Shown here piece by piece: positions 1 to 12,081 of a stretch of DNA of 64,000 nt. The position numbers and the translations under genes are program-made. Within the stretch, counting starts at the first letter, position 1; the number at the start of each line of letters is the position of its first letter. The notes under the pieces were generated by a model. That model saw only the letters and a program-made list of their open reading frames with translations, was not told the DNA's origin and ran no database searches. Source of the DNA: Octopus sinensis (lineage: Eukaryota); NCBI RefSeq assembly GCF_006345805.1, contig NC_043010.1, positions 65,472,001-65,536,000 of the forward strand, written 5' to 3'.

Positions 1-452
1 TTTGACGGAGATTTTGCTGCTGCTTCTAGCAGGTCAAATGATCAGATACAGTCTTCTACGCTGGCCTCTGATCGGTCACGTTGTTGGAGCAAAGATAATT
101 TATGTGTACAGTAATTGTCAGCGTGTTACATGACTGGTGTCTATTACGTCAGAGGTCACAGTACGGCAAGTGTTAGTAAGTCGAAGTCAAATGACATCAT
201 CTTCAGCTAATCACATCAATTTCCGGAGATGTTAAGTGAAGGTCAACATTTAAGCTTTTTAATCAAACATGATTAAAGCCATAATGAAGAGAAAAATCTA
301 TTAAAGATTATTCTTTAATGATTATTCTTGCCATGAAAGGATAAGAACAAAAGTTCAATAACTAAAGTACCCCTCCCGTTGTGTTTATTCAATTGGAATT
401 TTGCAGTTGCCCCCCACCCTTTGCATTACAAACACACACACCACACACACAC

Positions 453-519
<67 letters not shown>

Positions 520-1034
520 GATGGGCTTCTTTCAGCTCCGTCTAGCAAATCCACTCACAAAGCTTTGGTCGACCACACAGCCATACGTAAATATGTTTAC
601 AGACTTGTATCTGTGTGCAAGTGTAATGACTATATCCTTATGCTCTTGCTTGTGTGTTCATATATTTTTTCATATATATGTCAATCCGTATTTCTATTGC
701 CTATGTGTATATCCTTATGAGTGTTTATGCTGTTTGATATCACTACATGTTATAATGTATTCCATTTTCCCCTTAAATCTCTCTTGATTTAGCTGACAGA
801 TTTTAAATTTTATTATCACCCACACTCCAGTTATTATTTTTGATCAATGATTTCAGAAAAACAGAAATGCGCACCAACCGGAGCATCAAGTTCCAGATAG
901 GATAGTGTGCAAGACATTGATAAGGTGAGGTACAAGGCTGCATAATGTTTCTTCAGCAACTGTGTAATCATTTCGGCATTTTGTTGAAACGCGTGTATGT
1001 CCAATAAAACATTGAATGGCATACCTCTTTCCAC

Positions 1035-1361
1035 ATGCTTCCCAACCACATGGTTCCGAGTTCAGTTCCACTGCGTCGGGCCGACCAAAGCCTTGTGATT
1101 GAATTTGGTAGACGGAAACTGAAAGAAGCCCGTCGTATATATATATATGAATATATTTGTGTGTTTGTGTCTGTTTGTCCCCCACCATCGCTTGACAACC
1201 GATGTTGGTGTGTTATGTACCCATAACTTAGTGGTTCAGCAAAAGAGATCCGATGGAATAAATACTAGGCTTACAAACAATAAGTCATGGGATCAATGTG
1301 TTCGACTAAAGGCGGTACTCCAGTATGGCCACGGTCAAATGGCCGAAAGAAGTAAAAGAAA
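1035..1361 (+). mobile_element. tRNA-like SINE, family A (diverged copy)
   Basis: Matches other copies in the window: ccaaccacatggttccgagttcagttccactgcg...gacggaaactgaaagaagcccgtcg-(TA/TG)n-...cagtatggccacggtcaaatg. Confidence 0.85.
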
Positions 1362-1489
1362 ATATATCTATATACATGCACAAATATATTTATTTGACCC
1401 TCACCGGAGAGACGAGTTTCAGAGAGCACAACTATATCAAGGGAATATTATTTTAATTCACATGTAATAAGTGCAGAAAGGCCTTTCTG

Positions 1490-1828
1490 ACCTCTTCTTA
1501 AAATTGGCATCTGGGGTGTGCGCACATTCTCATTTGCGACCCATGAAAAACGAACCCCCACCAACTACTTTGCCTAAATATATGTGCACACCTTTCAACG
1601 CCATGTATACCATAAGGTCTGTAAATCTAACAGTCCCCAAAAGACATTTTACGATCCGCAAAGATCAGAACTTAACTGCAGCTCTTGGTGGTCCAAATCA
1701 GATATGGAATTTATGAGGTTGTCTTTTCAATACAAGGTTTCGTTAAAAAGCCACATTAGACGCCACGATGGATCTAAGGCATAAGTACAAGAATGGTCAG
1801 ACTCTACATAAGGAGTAGACAACCAACA
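1490..1828 (+). mobile_element. RTE-clade LINE 3' end, degenerate
   Basis: Homologous to 49570-49740; encodes ...SLKSHIRRHDGSKA* (degenerate C-terminal zinc-finger-like end) followed by aaggagtagacaacc. Confidence 0.55.
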
Positions 1829-1829
1829 C

Positions 1830-1895
<66 letters not shown>

Positions 1896-2828
1896 AAATA
1901 GAAAGTGAATAATCTTGTAGTAGATTAATCAAAAGTTTAACCGATACCTTGGTAGCAAAAATCACAGCAGTAAACAGCACGGTGGAGGTACAACCATATG
2001 TGTGTGCAACCGTGCGTTGGTGCGGATAATTGAAATTAAAATATATTGGTGAATTGAAGAAATGGAGCTGAACGCAGATTGAACAGAAATCGTTTTATTT
2101 CATTCTACACGTGTTTCGAAAGGCACAATTTACCAAAATCCGATTGAATAATGGGACCATATTGTGGTCTTTCTCTCAGGAAGAAATAGGAAATCCGTTG
2201 AAAAAACAAAAACAGAACAGAGGCGGAGCAAAAACAAATCGAACTAGGCTCCTAAGAGCCCATGGCGAAACTGTTTATCAGTGTATGTTGAGAACCGGTG
2301 GCTGAAGAATTTAACGGGTCAGGCATCGGTCAATCATGTGGGTGAGGGTGTGTAGATGTTCTTTGTGACCGAGAAAGTTCTGACTATTTAAGGAATATTG
2401 GATGTTTTATAGGGGCGAGAAAAATATCTACTTAGAGACGTGTGGTGTATACTGTTCTATATATGTGTGTGCTGGCGTAGGGGTAGAAAACATTTTTGTG
2501 TACGTGTGTGCGTTTGATCGTTCGGCTGTCAGTGGCTACTGCAGTGAGAACCGTGGGTGGCAGAAAAAAAATATTATATGTTTTATGTGTGTGTGTGTTC
2601 ATCTAAGCCTGCCTTGTCAAGGAAACCCCCCGTTGTGAAAAAACCCAGCCCCGTTTATCTTACAGGAGTAATTCCCTTGCAGTGGTTAATTGTAGATATC
2701 TTAAAGGCTATTTCAGAATTTGTTACCAGGGCTAGGGGTGCCGGGGATTATTTATAAACGCTATTTTTAAAGCCAGATAAGTGTAACGCCGCCAATGGGG
2801 GCATCGAAAAGCCGCTGTAAAAGCCCGT

Positions 2829-3710
2829 TTACATCCGGCCTCTGGCAAACAAAATATGGAAGAGTTCGGAGACACAAGGTTGCACTGCTTCTGCCCCTAT
2901 CAAAGGGAGGGCCACCGACAAATTGACCATTCCAGCCTGTAGCTTAAGTTCGTATCCTTCAGCGCCATATTAGCTTGCTGAGTCCCGTGGTCTGGCGCTT
3001 GTTCATGTCCCGAAAAGTTGCGTAATGGTTGGAGACTCGCAAAAGACAATCCTGAGGATGAGGCCCCTACATAAGTGAAGACATCTGAGTCCGTGTAAAC
3101 CTTGCATTGGTAGACGCGCGTTTTTGATCTTGGAGTTCGCCGACGTGAATCTTATTCTGCTAGGATTAATTCTGAAATTAGAACTGCGTTTCCTGTCACT
3201 ATATTCGTTCCGAGACCTGCAGCCGCTTACTACTCTATTTTCACTACGTCACTATTAAATATAGGAATACCCCTGATTCTCCACTATCTATCAGAGTGCT
3301 GTCATTGCTAGTGCCCGTGGTGCTGCTAGTGCGGGAAATGATGCTGGGGATGCTATTGGGGCTCTCTACCCTACTCCCATTGTTACCGTCAACCACAACA
3401 CCCCTATTTATAAACTATACCCCTAGTGGGTACTCCCTGGCTGGAGCTGAGATTATGTGTCACTGTACTGGCTCTCATATCATTATTACTACTATAATTA
3501 TTCCTACTGAGCATTAAATCGGGAGCGGAAGGGCTGTGCCCTCCGGAAAAAGGTGATAGGATCTTAGTAAGTAGCCTATTATTATGGGAGGCGATATCTG
3601 GGCGAGGTTTAGTGTTAGTGTTAGAGAAAGCTATCCTAACTTATGCGAGTTAACGTGGAGTAATATTTGGAATTTCTGGGGAAGTTATTGGCGATGGCTG
3701 TCTAATCGCT
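2829..3710 (-). pseudogene. Penelope-like ORF remnant (RT C-terminus + GIY-YIG endonuclease), multiple frameshifts
   Basis: Manual translation across frames gives VYQ...YVG (GIY-YIG), NH...FR, LSK.IW.LKD.N, WSI and CNLC motifs. Confidence 0.8.
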
Positions 3711-3908
3711 TAAAATAGTCAGAACTTTATTCTCGGTCACAAGAACATCTACACACCCTCACCCACCATGATTGACCGATGCCTGACCCGTTAAATTCTC
3801 AGCCACCGGTTCTCAACATACACTGATAAAACAGTTTCGCCATGGGCTCTTAGGAGCCTAGTTCGATTTGTTTTTGCTCCGCCTGTTCTGTTTTGTTTTT
3901 TCCAACGG

Positions 3909-4004
3909 ATTTCCTATTCTTCCTGAAGAGAAAGACACAATATGGTCCCATTATTCAATCGGATTTTGGTAAATTGGCCTTTCGAAACACGTGTAGAATG
4001 AAAT
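3909..4004 (+). ncRNA. Minimal type-I hammerhead ribozyme in the Penelope pLTR
   Basis: ttc-CTGAAGA(3923-3929)-gaaag...ctttc-GAAA(3984-3987)-cacgtg palindrome-TA-gaa; the minus-strand twin at 2097-2194 has a 1-nt deletion in the core. Confidence 0.75.
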
Positions 4005-4081
4005 AAAACGATTTCTGTTCAATCTGCGTTCAGCTCCATTCTTCAATTCCACCAATATTATATATATATATATATATATAT

Positions 4082-4333
4082 AGGAGGCGCAACGGCCCAG
4101 TGGTTAGCGCAGCGGACTTACGGTTGTAGGACCGCGGTTTCGTTTCCACGAGGCTCCGGTAGGGACTGGTGCTGGTCCCTACTGTACTCTTTCGCCACAG
4201 CTTTCACTCTTTCTTCTGTTGACCTGCTCGCTTAGCCAGCGGAGTGGCGTCATTTGAAGGCTAAAACAATGCGAAGCGCATTGTGACCAGCGATGTGTAG
4301 CAACATATGATAGCCTGGTCGGTCACAGTGATC
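4082..4333 (+). mobile_element. tRNA-like SINE, head B with body 1 (internally deleted)
   Basis: ggaggcgcaacggcccagtggttagcgcagcggact... and ...ctgctcgcttagccagcggagtggcgtcatttgaaggc...ggtcggtcacagtga. Confidence 0.85.
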
Positions 4334-4629
4334 AGCGATATATATATATATATGCATGTATGCAGATATGTATACTTACATACACACATTTATTGAGGTT
4401 GAAACAGTATACAAACGTGAGGAAGCAATCATACATTGACAAATGCATACATATATATGTTTTCTGTTTGTGTCCGTTGTGAGTATCTTTGTACCTAAGA
4501 ACATATGTGTGTATGGGTATAAAGGTCAGGAATATGAACAGTGAATCCGCCAAAAATCGGTCGTAAACAGATATTTATGGTTGATTATAGGTTTGATTAG
4601 AAGAAGATCTCTATAATAACACACACTTG

Positions 4630-4661
4630 AAATAAATATATATATATATATAGATATATTC

Positions 4662-4702
<41 letters not shown>

Positions 4703-4831
4703 TGTATATATATATACATATATATATATATACATATATATATGTATATATATAATTACATATATATATGTATGTATATATAGATATATATATGTTATAT
4801 AACATAATATATATATGTATATATATACATT

Positions 4832-4862
<31 letters not shown>

Positions 4863-4900
4863 TATATATATATATATATATATGTATGTATATATATATG

Positions 4901-4931
<31 letters not shown>

Positions 4932-4947
4932 TGTATATATATATATG

Positions 4948-4991
<44 letters not shown>

Positions 4992-5075
4992 ATATATATA
5001 CATACATATATATTGTGAGTGTGTGTGTGTGCGTGTGTGTGTGTGTGTGGTGTGTGTGTGTGGTGGTTGTGTGTA
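4630..5075. repeat. Compound (TA)n/(TG)n microsatellite
   Basis: Direct reading. Confidence 0.95.
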
Positions 5076-5234
5076 TGTGTAGGTTGTCTTGGTAATACAA
5101 GCAGAAAGATTGAAATCAAAACATGAGTGCATGCATAGTTTTTAGTTAATCGGCAGAAGTTAAAATAATTGATGATTGATAAATTATTGATTAAACTATT
5201 GATTACTTGCCGTCGATCGGCAGAGAACCTCCAT

Positions 5235-5357
5235 ATACATACATACATACATACATACATACATACATACATACATACATACATGCATGCATGCATGCAT
5301 ACATACATACATACATACATACATACATACATACATACATACATACATACATACATA

Positions 5358-5392
<35 letters not shown>

Positions 5393-5805
5393 GCATACAT
5401 ACATACATACAAACTTATATACATATATATATATACATGCATGCATACATACATACAAACTTATATATATATACATGCATGCATCCATCCATCCAACCAT
5501 ACATACATATATATACATGCATGTATGCATCCATCCACACATATATACATACACACATGCATACATGCATACATACATACTTGAATACATGCATACAAAC
5601 ATACATACATACTTGCATATATGCATACAAACATACATACATATATGCATGCATGGATCCATACATACATACATACGTACGTACATACATGCATACATAC
5701 ATACATACATACATGCATGCATATATACATACATACATACATACATACATACATACATAACATACGTACGTACGTACGTACGTACGTACATACATGCATA
5801 CATAT
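5235..5805. repeat. (TACA)n compound microsatellite
   Basis: Direct reading. Confidence 0.95.
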
Positions 5806-6095
5806 ACAGTAACACAGTCAGCAGCGTATTTTGCTTAATGTAAAACTGCAGATGTAGTACATGTAAAGTAGCATTGAACACATTGTACAAATACAGAAAC
5901 AGATGCAACAATTGTTTCCGTGAGCAAAAAGAGTCAAACCGAATTCCTTTTCCAGTGTCTGGGGAGGGTCATTCTCTTTTGGTGCCTCATTATTTAACAC
6001 ATTCACCGGTAAAGTTTCCCTTCATTTCGTTATATATTTTTCCTAACTTCGAAAAGGTTGCAAGACGCAACGAGAAATTTTAGGAAAACATAAGT

Positions 6096-6266
6096 AGGCG
6101 CAGGAGTGGCTGTGGGGTAAGTAGCTTGCTTACCAACCACATGGTTCCGAGTTCAGTTCCACTGCGTGGCACCTTGAGCAAGTATCTTTTTTCTATAGCA
6201 TTGGGCCGACCAAAGCCTTGTGTGTGGATCTGGTAGACGGAAACTGAAAGAAGCCCGTCGTATATA

Positions 6267-6316
<50 letters not shown>

Positions 6317-6525
6317 TTGTCTGTCTGTCTGTCTGTCTGTCCCCACATCATTGCTTGACAACCGATGCTGGTGTGTGTACTTCTCCGTAACATTAGCGGT
6401 TCGGCAAAAGTGACCGATAGAAGAAGTACTAGGCTTACAATAAGTCCTGGGGTCGATTTCTTCAACTAAAAGCGGTGCTACTGCATGGTCGCATCAAATA
6501 ACTGAAACAAGCAAAAGAACAAAAG
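6096..6525 (+). mobile_element. tRNA-like SINE, family A, full length
   Basis: aggcgcaggagtggctgtggggtaagtagc A-box-like start, ggttccgagttcagttcc B-box-like, internal (TG)n, 3' end ...actgaaacaagcaaaag. Confidence 0.9.
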
Positions 6526-7354
6526 TATATATAGAAAGTAAATGAGTGGAAATCGAACCGGTGAGTGTGTTAAATAATGAGGCACTGAAAGAGAATGACT
6601 CTTCCCCAGACACGGCAAAATATGATTCAATACACGAACTCACATAAAGAATCTTGCAAACCAAATCCCAAAACGAAGTGAATAACTTTTGATTTAGGAC
6701 ATCTCTCTATATATATATGAGTGTGCGCGTGCGTGCATGTGTACGTGCGTGCGTGTTTGGGGATGAATGTGTATTATATGTGTGTGTATATATATATATA
6801 TATAATGTAAGTGTGTGTGTGTGTGTGTGCATGTGTATCTTGTATTGTATGTATGGATGTATGTATGTGTGGTGTGTGCATGCGTGTGTGGATGGGGTGT
6901 ATATAAGCAGCTTGGAAATGAGTACAAGGTGAGAGATCTTTGGTCGACGGTTAAAAATACAAACAACTTTATATTTATATCTCTCGCTAGAAACACTCAA
7001 GTAGTAGTAGTAGTGGTGGTGGTGGTAGGAGGAAGAAGAGGAAGTAGAGGAAGGAGGGGAGGGGAGATCAGAACACATGGACAATTTATTGTGAAGGGGA
7101 GGAGTTTGTAATGAATCTAGTCAACTACCTGTAACTCTCCCCTAAATTGTGCCCCCCCCCCCCCTTTTTTGTTTTCAGAGGTTAAAGCCCAAGGTTGCTG
7201 GCAGCTAGATTAAAAGCTACCGAGTGAACCTACAATCGAAAGTTTTTTTCGAGCCAAGAATGTGTCCCCTTGCTTTGCACTTATCAGGGATCACGTTATC
7301 CTGTGTGTCCAATACTTAAGATGAGAGGGCAGATGTGGGGAACATTTTCAAGTT

Positions 7355-7870
7355 GAAAGGCCATATTGAAGTTAACTGCTATACGACAAAGGCACACTGA
7401 AATTAAGCACCGTCTATCTGGGCCACATTAAAGATCGCTTCCAACTGTCAAGGCCACATTGAAGTTAATTGAAGCTAATTGCCAGCTGACAAGGTCGCAT
7501 TAAAGTGAATTATTGTCTAACCAGATGGTATTGAAATCAATTTGCCGGACAAGATCGCATCGCAGTTAACTGTCATTTGACGAGACCCGCCGAGGTCGAC
7601 TTTGACTTTCATCCTTTCGGGGTCGATAAATAAAGTACCAGTTTCTTACTGGGGTCGATGTAATCGACTTAATCCCTTTGTCTGTCCTTGTTTGTCCCCT
7701 CTATGTTTAGCCCCTTGTGGGCAGTAAAGAAATACTTTTGACGAGACAACATTGAAGTTGATTATGGTCTGACACAAACGCATTGAAATTAATTACCACC
7801 TTACGAGGCCACATTGAAATTAATTGGAGCGAATTGCCACCTGACTGTAGCAATGAAGTTAACTACCGTA
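7355..7870 (+). repeat. Degenerate ~30-bp minisatellite (ggccacattgaagttaattg...) interrupted by a SINE
   Basis: Recurrent cacattgaa(g/a)ttaa(t/c)tg motif on both sides of 7587-7736. Confidence 0.7.
7587..7736 (+). mobile_element. 5'-truncated SINE family D monomer with 11-bp TSD
   Basis: TSD tttgacgagac at 7576-7586 and 7737-7747; ends ...gggcagtaaagaaata. Confidence 0.9.
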
Positions 7871-8236
7871 TAAAAATATCACTTTATTAATTTTATTTAC
7901 AGCTAAACTTATTTCTACACTCTCTAATTTTATTTTAAGTGTTTCCGCCATCAGACAGTAGCCATGCTAGTGAAAAAGTGAAACCAGTACCTGTTTTAAT
8001 TACGGTATACTATCCTGTTTTGTTTTGTTTTGTTTTTCGTGTGTGGATGTGGGTGTGTGCCGAACCGCTTATCAAGTGCTAACACGCACAAACGTATATG
8101 AACACGCACACGCGCATACATATATGTGTGTACGCGCGCACGTGTGTATGTGTGCGTGTATATACGACAGGATCACGCAGTTTCTGTCAACTGATTTCAC
8201 TTACAAAGCATTAGTAAGCGTGATGTCATACGAGTA

Positions 8237-8660
8237 AATATATATATTTTTTTTGCCCAGAAGGGGCTAAACATAGAGGGGACAAACAAGGACAGACAAA
8301 GGGATTAAGTCGATTATATCGACCCCAGTATGAAACTGGTACTTTATTTATCGACCCCCGAAAGGATGAAAGGCAAAGTCGACCTCGGCGGAACTTGAAC
8401 TCTGAACGTTACGACAGACGAAATACCTATTTCTTTACTACCCACAAGGGAATAAACACAGAGGAGACTAACAAGAACAGACAGACGGATTAAGTCGATT
8501 ATATCGACCCAGTGCGTAACTGGTACTTATTTAATCGACCCCGAAAGGATGAAAGGCAAAGTCAACCTCGGCGGAACTTGAACTCAGAACGTAACGACTG
8601 ACGAAATACCGCTAAGCATTTCGCCCGGCGCGCTAACATGTCAGCCAGCTCGCCACCTTC
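8237..8660 (-). mobile_element. SINE family D dimer (head + 2 x ~183 bp)
   Basis: Junction acctatttc at 8425; head at 8608-8654; TSD atgtcatacgagta at 8223-8236 and 8661-8674. Confidence 0.9.
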
Positions 8661-9220
8661 ATGTCATACGAGTATAGCCATGGTGCTGCACATCGAGACT
8701 GAACCTGAAACTCCGTGATTGCGAATCGAGCTTCTTACATAACAAAATATTTAGAAAGGTAAAATTTCAGACCAATTACCCCTACCATATTTCTATTTTT
8801 ATTTCCGGATTTCTTTGACTTAAACACAGTCGTAATTACCCAAAAACAATTAAAAGACATGGATATAGAAACATAAATAAATGTTTCTGTAATTCACAAT
8901 TAGTTAAGAAAATCTGGGCTTTAACTACAGTAATCCCTCGACTCTCACATGTGTTACGTTCCAAACCCCACCTTGCGACAGGTGAAAATCCGCAAAGTAG
9001 AAACAGTACTGTACCTCTTGAAGTTAGAAAATGGTCGTAACATTGCTTCGTACAGACAGCCATGATATTCCTAACATACCTAAAAAAAGAATCTTTATAA
9101 TTATGAGCAAGTCACAATTATAACTAAGAGGGTTTAATACATATACATATGTACATACATACATACATACATACATACATACATACATACATACACACAC
9201 ACACATATATATATATATAT

Positions 9221-9605
9221 CTTTTTTTTTTACTTGTTTCAGTCATTTGACTGCGGCCATGCTGGAGCACCGCCTTTAGTCGAGCAAATCGACCCCGGGA
9301 CTTATTCTTTGTAAGCCCAGTACTTATTCTATCGGTCTCTTTTGCCGAACCGCTAAGTTACGGGGACGTAAACACACCAGCATCGGTTGTCAAGCAATGT
9401 TAGGGGGACAAACACAGACACACACATACATATATACATACATATATACGACAGGCTTCTTTCAGTTTCCGTCTACCAAATCCACTCACAAGGCATTGGT
9501 CGGCCCGGGGCTATAGCAGAAGACACTTGCCCAAGGTGCCATGCAGTGGGACTGAACCCGGAACCATGTGGTTGGTTAGCAAGCTACTTACCACACAGCC
9601 ACTCC
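9221..9605 (-). mobile_element. tRNA-like SINE, family A
   Basis: Reverse complement of the 6096-6525 type. Confidence 0.9.
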
Positions 9606-9731
9606 ATATATATATATATATATATATATATTTAAATGAGGGCGAAAAATTGGATATTAATTTAATTAACATCAATTTAACACCAGTGGTTTAGCATATT
9701 AAAATCTGAAAGTTCAGTAAATTGATTGTAT

Positions 9732-10028
9732 TATATACATATGAGAGGGATGACCACTATGTGGACAATCCTTATGCTAGAAGTAGATCTGCTATGGCCT
9801 AACCACTAAGAAATGTTCTCAAGAAAAAATTAGCAAACACCAGAACGTAAGCGAGAAAGACAAATGAAAAGTAACAAAATACAGATTATTCACATACATG
9901 TATGTGAATGTACGTTCTGGTGTTTGCTAAATTTTTCTTGAGAACATTTCTTAGTGGTAAAACCATAGCGGATCTACTTCTAGCATAAGGGTTGTCCACA
10001 TAGTGGTCATCCCTCTCATATGTATATA
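9732..10028. repeat. Fold-back inverted repeat, ~117-bp arms
   Basis: 9732-9849 pairs with 9911-10028; a 22-bp perfect palindrome attcacatacatgtatgtgaat (9888-9909) sits in the loop. Confidence 0.9.
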
Positions 10029-10035
10029 TATATTA

Positions 10036-10585
10036 TATAAAATCCGTTCTGTCTGTCTGTGTGTGTGTGTCTTCTAGGATCTCGGGCATCCTCCATCTGA
10101 TTGCGCTCAAATTTGATATGTAGATACCGACGGTATCAGGGCGTGTATAAGTCTTGAAAAAATTACAAAAATCGATTCCAGATGAGAATGCGATCGATAA
10201 AGCCGTGGGAACGCGCATTTGTATGCGTAAGTACATCAGCTGTTGCGATCGATACAACGCGTACGCGAGAAAAATTCACGTGCAATTTGCGCAAAAAAAG
10301 CCGGCTGGCTTGAAATAATGCCACAAAATGCAGTATATTTAAGAGACCAAAAAAGTAAGATGCAAAAGAGATATTTTCCTCAAACTTGGCATGAAGGAAG
10401 GAAAGACTATTTGGTTTCTCAAGAAGTTTTCTTTTTTGCCTTAACTTCGTTTAACAAAACCCAAAATTTTATTGAAATAGAGGCATGCTTAATTATTTCT
10501 TAATGAAAAAAAAACATTGATTGCTTTTTCTTCAGCAGATATGATTCAGCACCGTCCATTAGTCGGGGCGCGTTTTGCTCGTATA
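10036..10585 (+). mobile_element. Possible non-autonomous Helitron-like element
   Basis: Starts after TATA with tctgtctgtctg; ends with GC-rich cggggcgcgttttgctcgt; the architecture resembles small non-autonomous Helitrons (inference). Confidence 0.35.
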
Positions 10586-10732
10586 TACATATATATATAT
10601 ATACATGTGTGTGTATGTGTGTATCTGCACAGCAACACTGTCCCATTTATGAGAGCATTACTCTAATCTGATACGGCTGCACTTGAGGTTTGTAGAGGTT
10701 CAGTGTTTTATCTATATATATATATATATACG

Positions 10733-10766
<34 letters not shown>

Positions 10767-10844
10767 TGTATGTATGTATGTATGTATGTATGTATGTATG
10801 TATAACTTAGATTGGTTTCGGTCATTATCGGCCAAGGCTATGAC

Positions 10845-11835
10845 TAACTTAATAGCACCACCTGGAAGAGTCTCTTAGTTAATTATTTCGGTACACCACT
10901 GACCACTCAAGCTGAGAGTCGTTGTTGGTTGAGACGTAACCAGGTGTAGGTGGTTTATCCGGTATTTTCCCTGGAGGAATTTGTACCGTTTGAAATTTTG
11001 AGGGGTCTTTTTCTACTTTAATTTCTTTGGGGATAACATTGAAAAGTCCAGGACCATTTGCAATGCAGAAATAGTTTCGCAATGTTCTTATGTGATATGA
11101 TCTCGACCTTTGTAGGCGACGCATTGCACAGGGGGGGTGATGCTAGCCTTGTGTGAATTATAAACATAATACCGATATCATTTGGATAATATTGGTGAAA
11201 TATTTTCCACATGGTGCAAATAGTGTATCGGTCACGGTGGCGTTGCAGAGAATAGAGCTTCATCGGTTCTAAGTCGAGACCAATAATCAAGTCCCATCAT
11301 TCCATTTATTTTTTTGTGTGTGATTGAGCTTTGTGGTGCTTCGATCCTCATTATGTCTTGTTTTTCGTAGGGGGACCACGATGGGCAGCAGTATTCGAGG
11401 TGGGGGCCTAGCGAATGTGGAGAAGAGAAGGGTGATGGTTTCATGATCCCTAGATTGGAAAGTTCTGAGGATCCATGAGCACATTCTACAGGCAATATCG
11501 ACTTTTTGTTGATGTGCACACTCCAAAGTTGCTGTCGACAGTAACTTCTAAGTCTCTAATATTATCCGACGATTCAAGTAGGTCTCCCGACGGTAGTGTA
11601 TATGGCTGTTTGAGTGTACTCTCTCTTCCAAAATGAATGAGTTCAATTTTTTTCTTCGTTCAAATGCATATTGTATTTTGTGCCCGCTGGGTTACTGCGC
11701 ATTGGTCCGATTGAAGCACTGTTCGATCATATGGTCCCTTAATGACTTTCTGGAGCTTAGAGTCATCTGCAATGTCATTGATATAGACTATAAAAAGAAG
11801 TGGATCCAGCACAGTACTCTGCGGGACTCCGCTGT
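10845..11835 (-). mobile_element. CR1-superfamily non-LTR retrotransposon RT remnant (3' part)
   Basis: SGVPQSTVLDPLLF...IND (RT motif), PHLEYCCPSW, and KLYSLQRHRDRY..W motifs, with stops and frameshifts. Confidence 0.85.
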
Positions 11836-11850
11836 ATATATATGTATTTG

Positions 11851-11883
<33 letters not shown>

Positions 11884-12024
11884 TATATACATTATATTAC
11901 CTTATATATACATATATATACATATATATACATAATATACATATATATATATATATGTGTAGGTGGTGAATATATATACATATATATATATAGCATATAT
12001 ATGTACCCATACATATATACATGG

Positions 12025-12081
<57 letters not shown>

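Larger units (their letters stand above)
1891..4062 (-). mobile_element. 5'-truncated Penelope-like element with an inverted partial pseudo-LTR
   Basis: Frameshifted minus-strand ORF remnant ~3710-2829. RT C-terminus/linker reads ...FPRNSKYY...HKVRIAFSNT...IASHNNRLL. GIY-YIG reads RVYQCKVYTDSDVFTYVGA...RVSNHYATFR...TGLSKLIW/LKDTNLSYRLEWSI...CNL/CVSELFHIL. 2045-2395 is the reverse complement of 3712-4060, and (TA)n flanks both ends. Confidence 0.85.

Noticed and set aside
4082-4150. tRNA-like sequences at SINE 5' ends
   Set aside because: They continue into shared SINE bodies and lack complete cloverleaf/acceptor stems; these are SINE heads, not tRNA genes
4611-5911. Long ORFs rich in YI/MYVC/HT repeats (also at 12.5, 29, 40.5, 42.6, 46.8, 49 and 50.5 kb)
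   Set aside because: They are translations of (TA)n, (TACA)n, (TG)n and (GATA)n microsatellites that lack stops in some frames; they have no domain content
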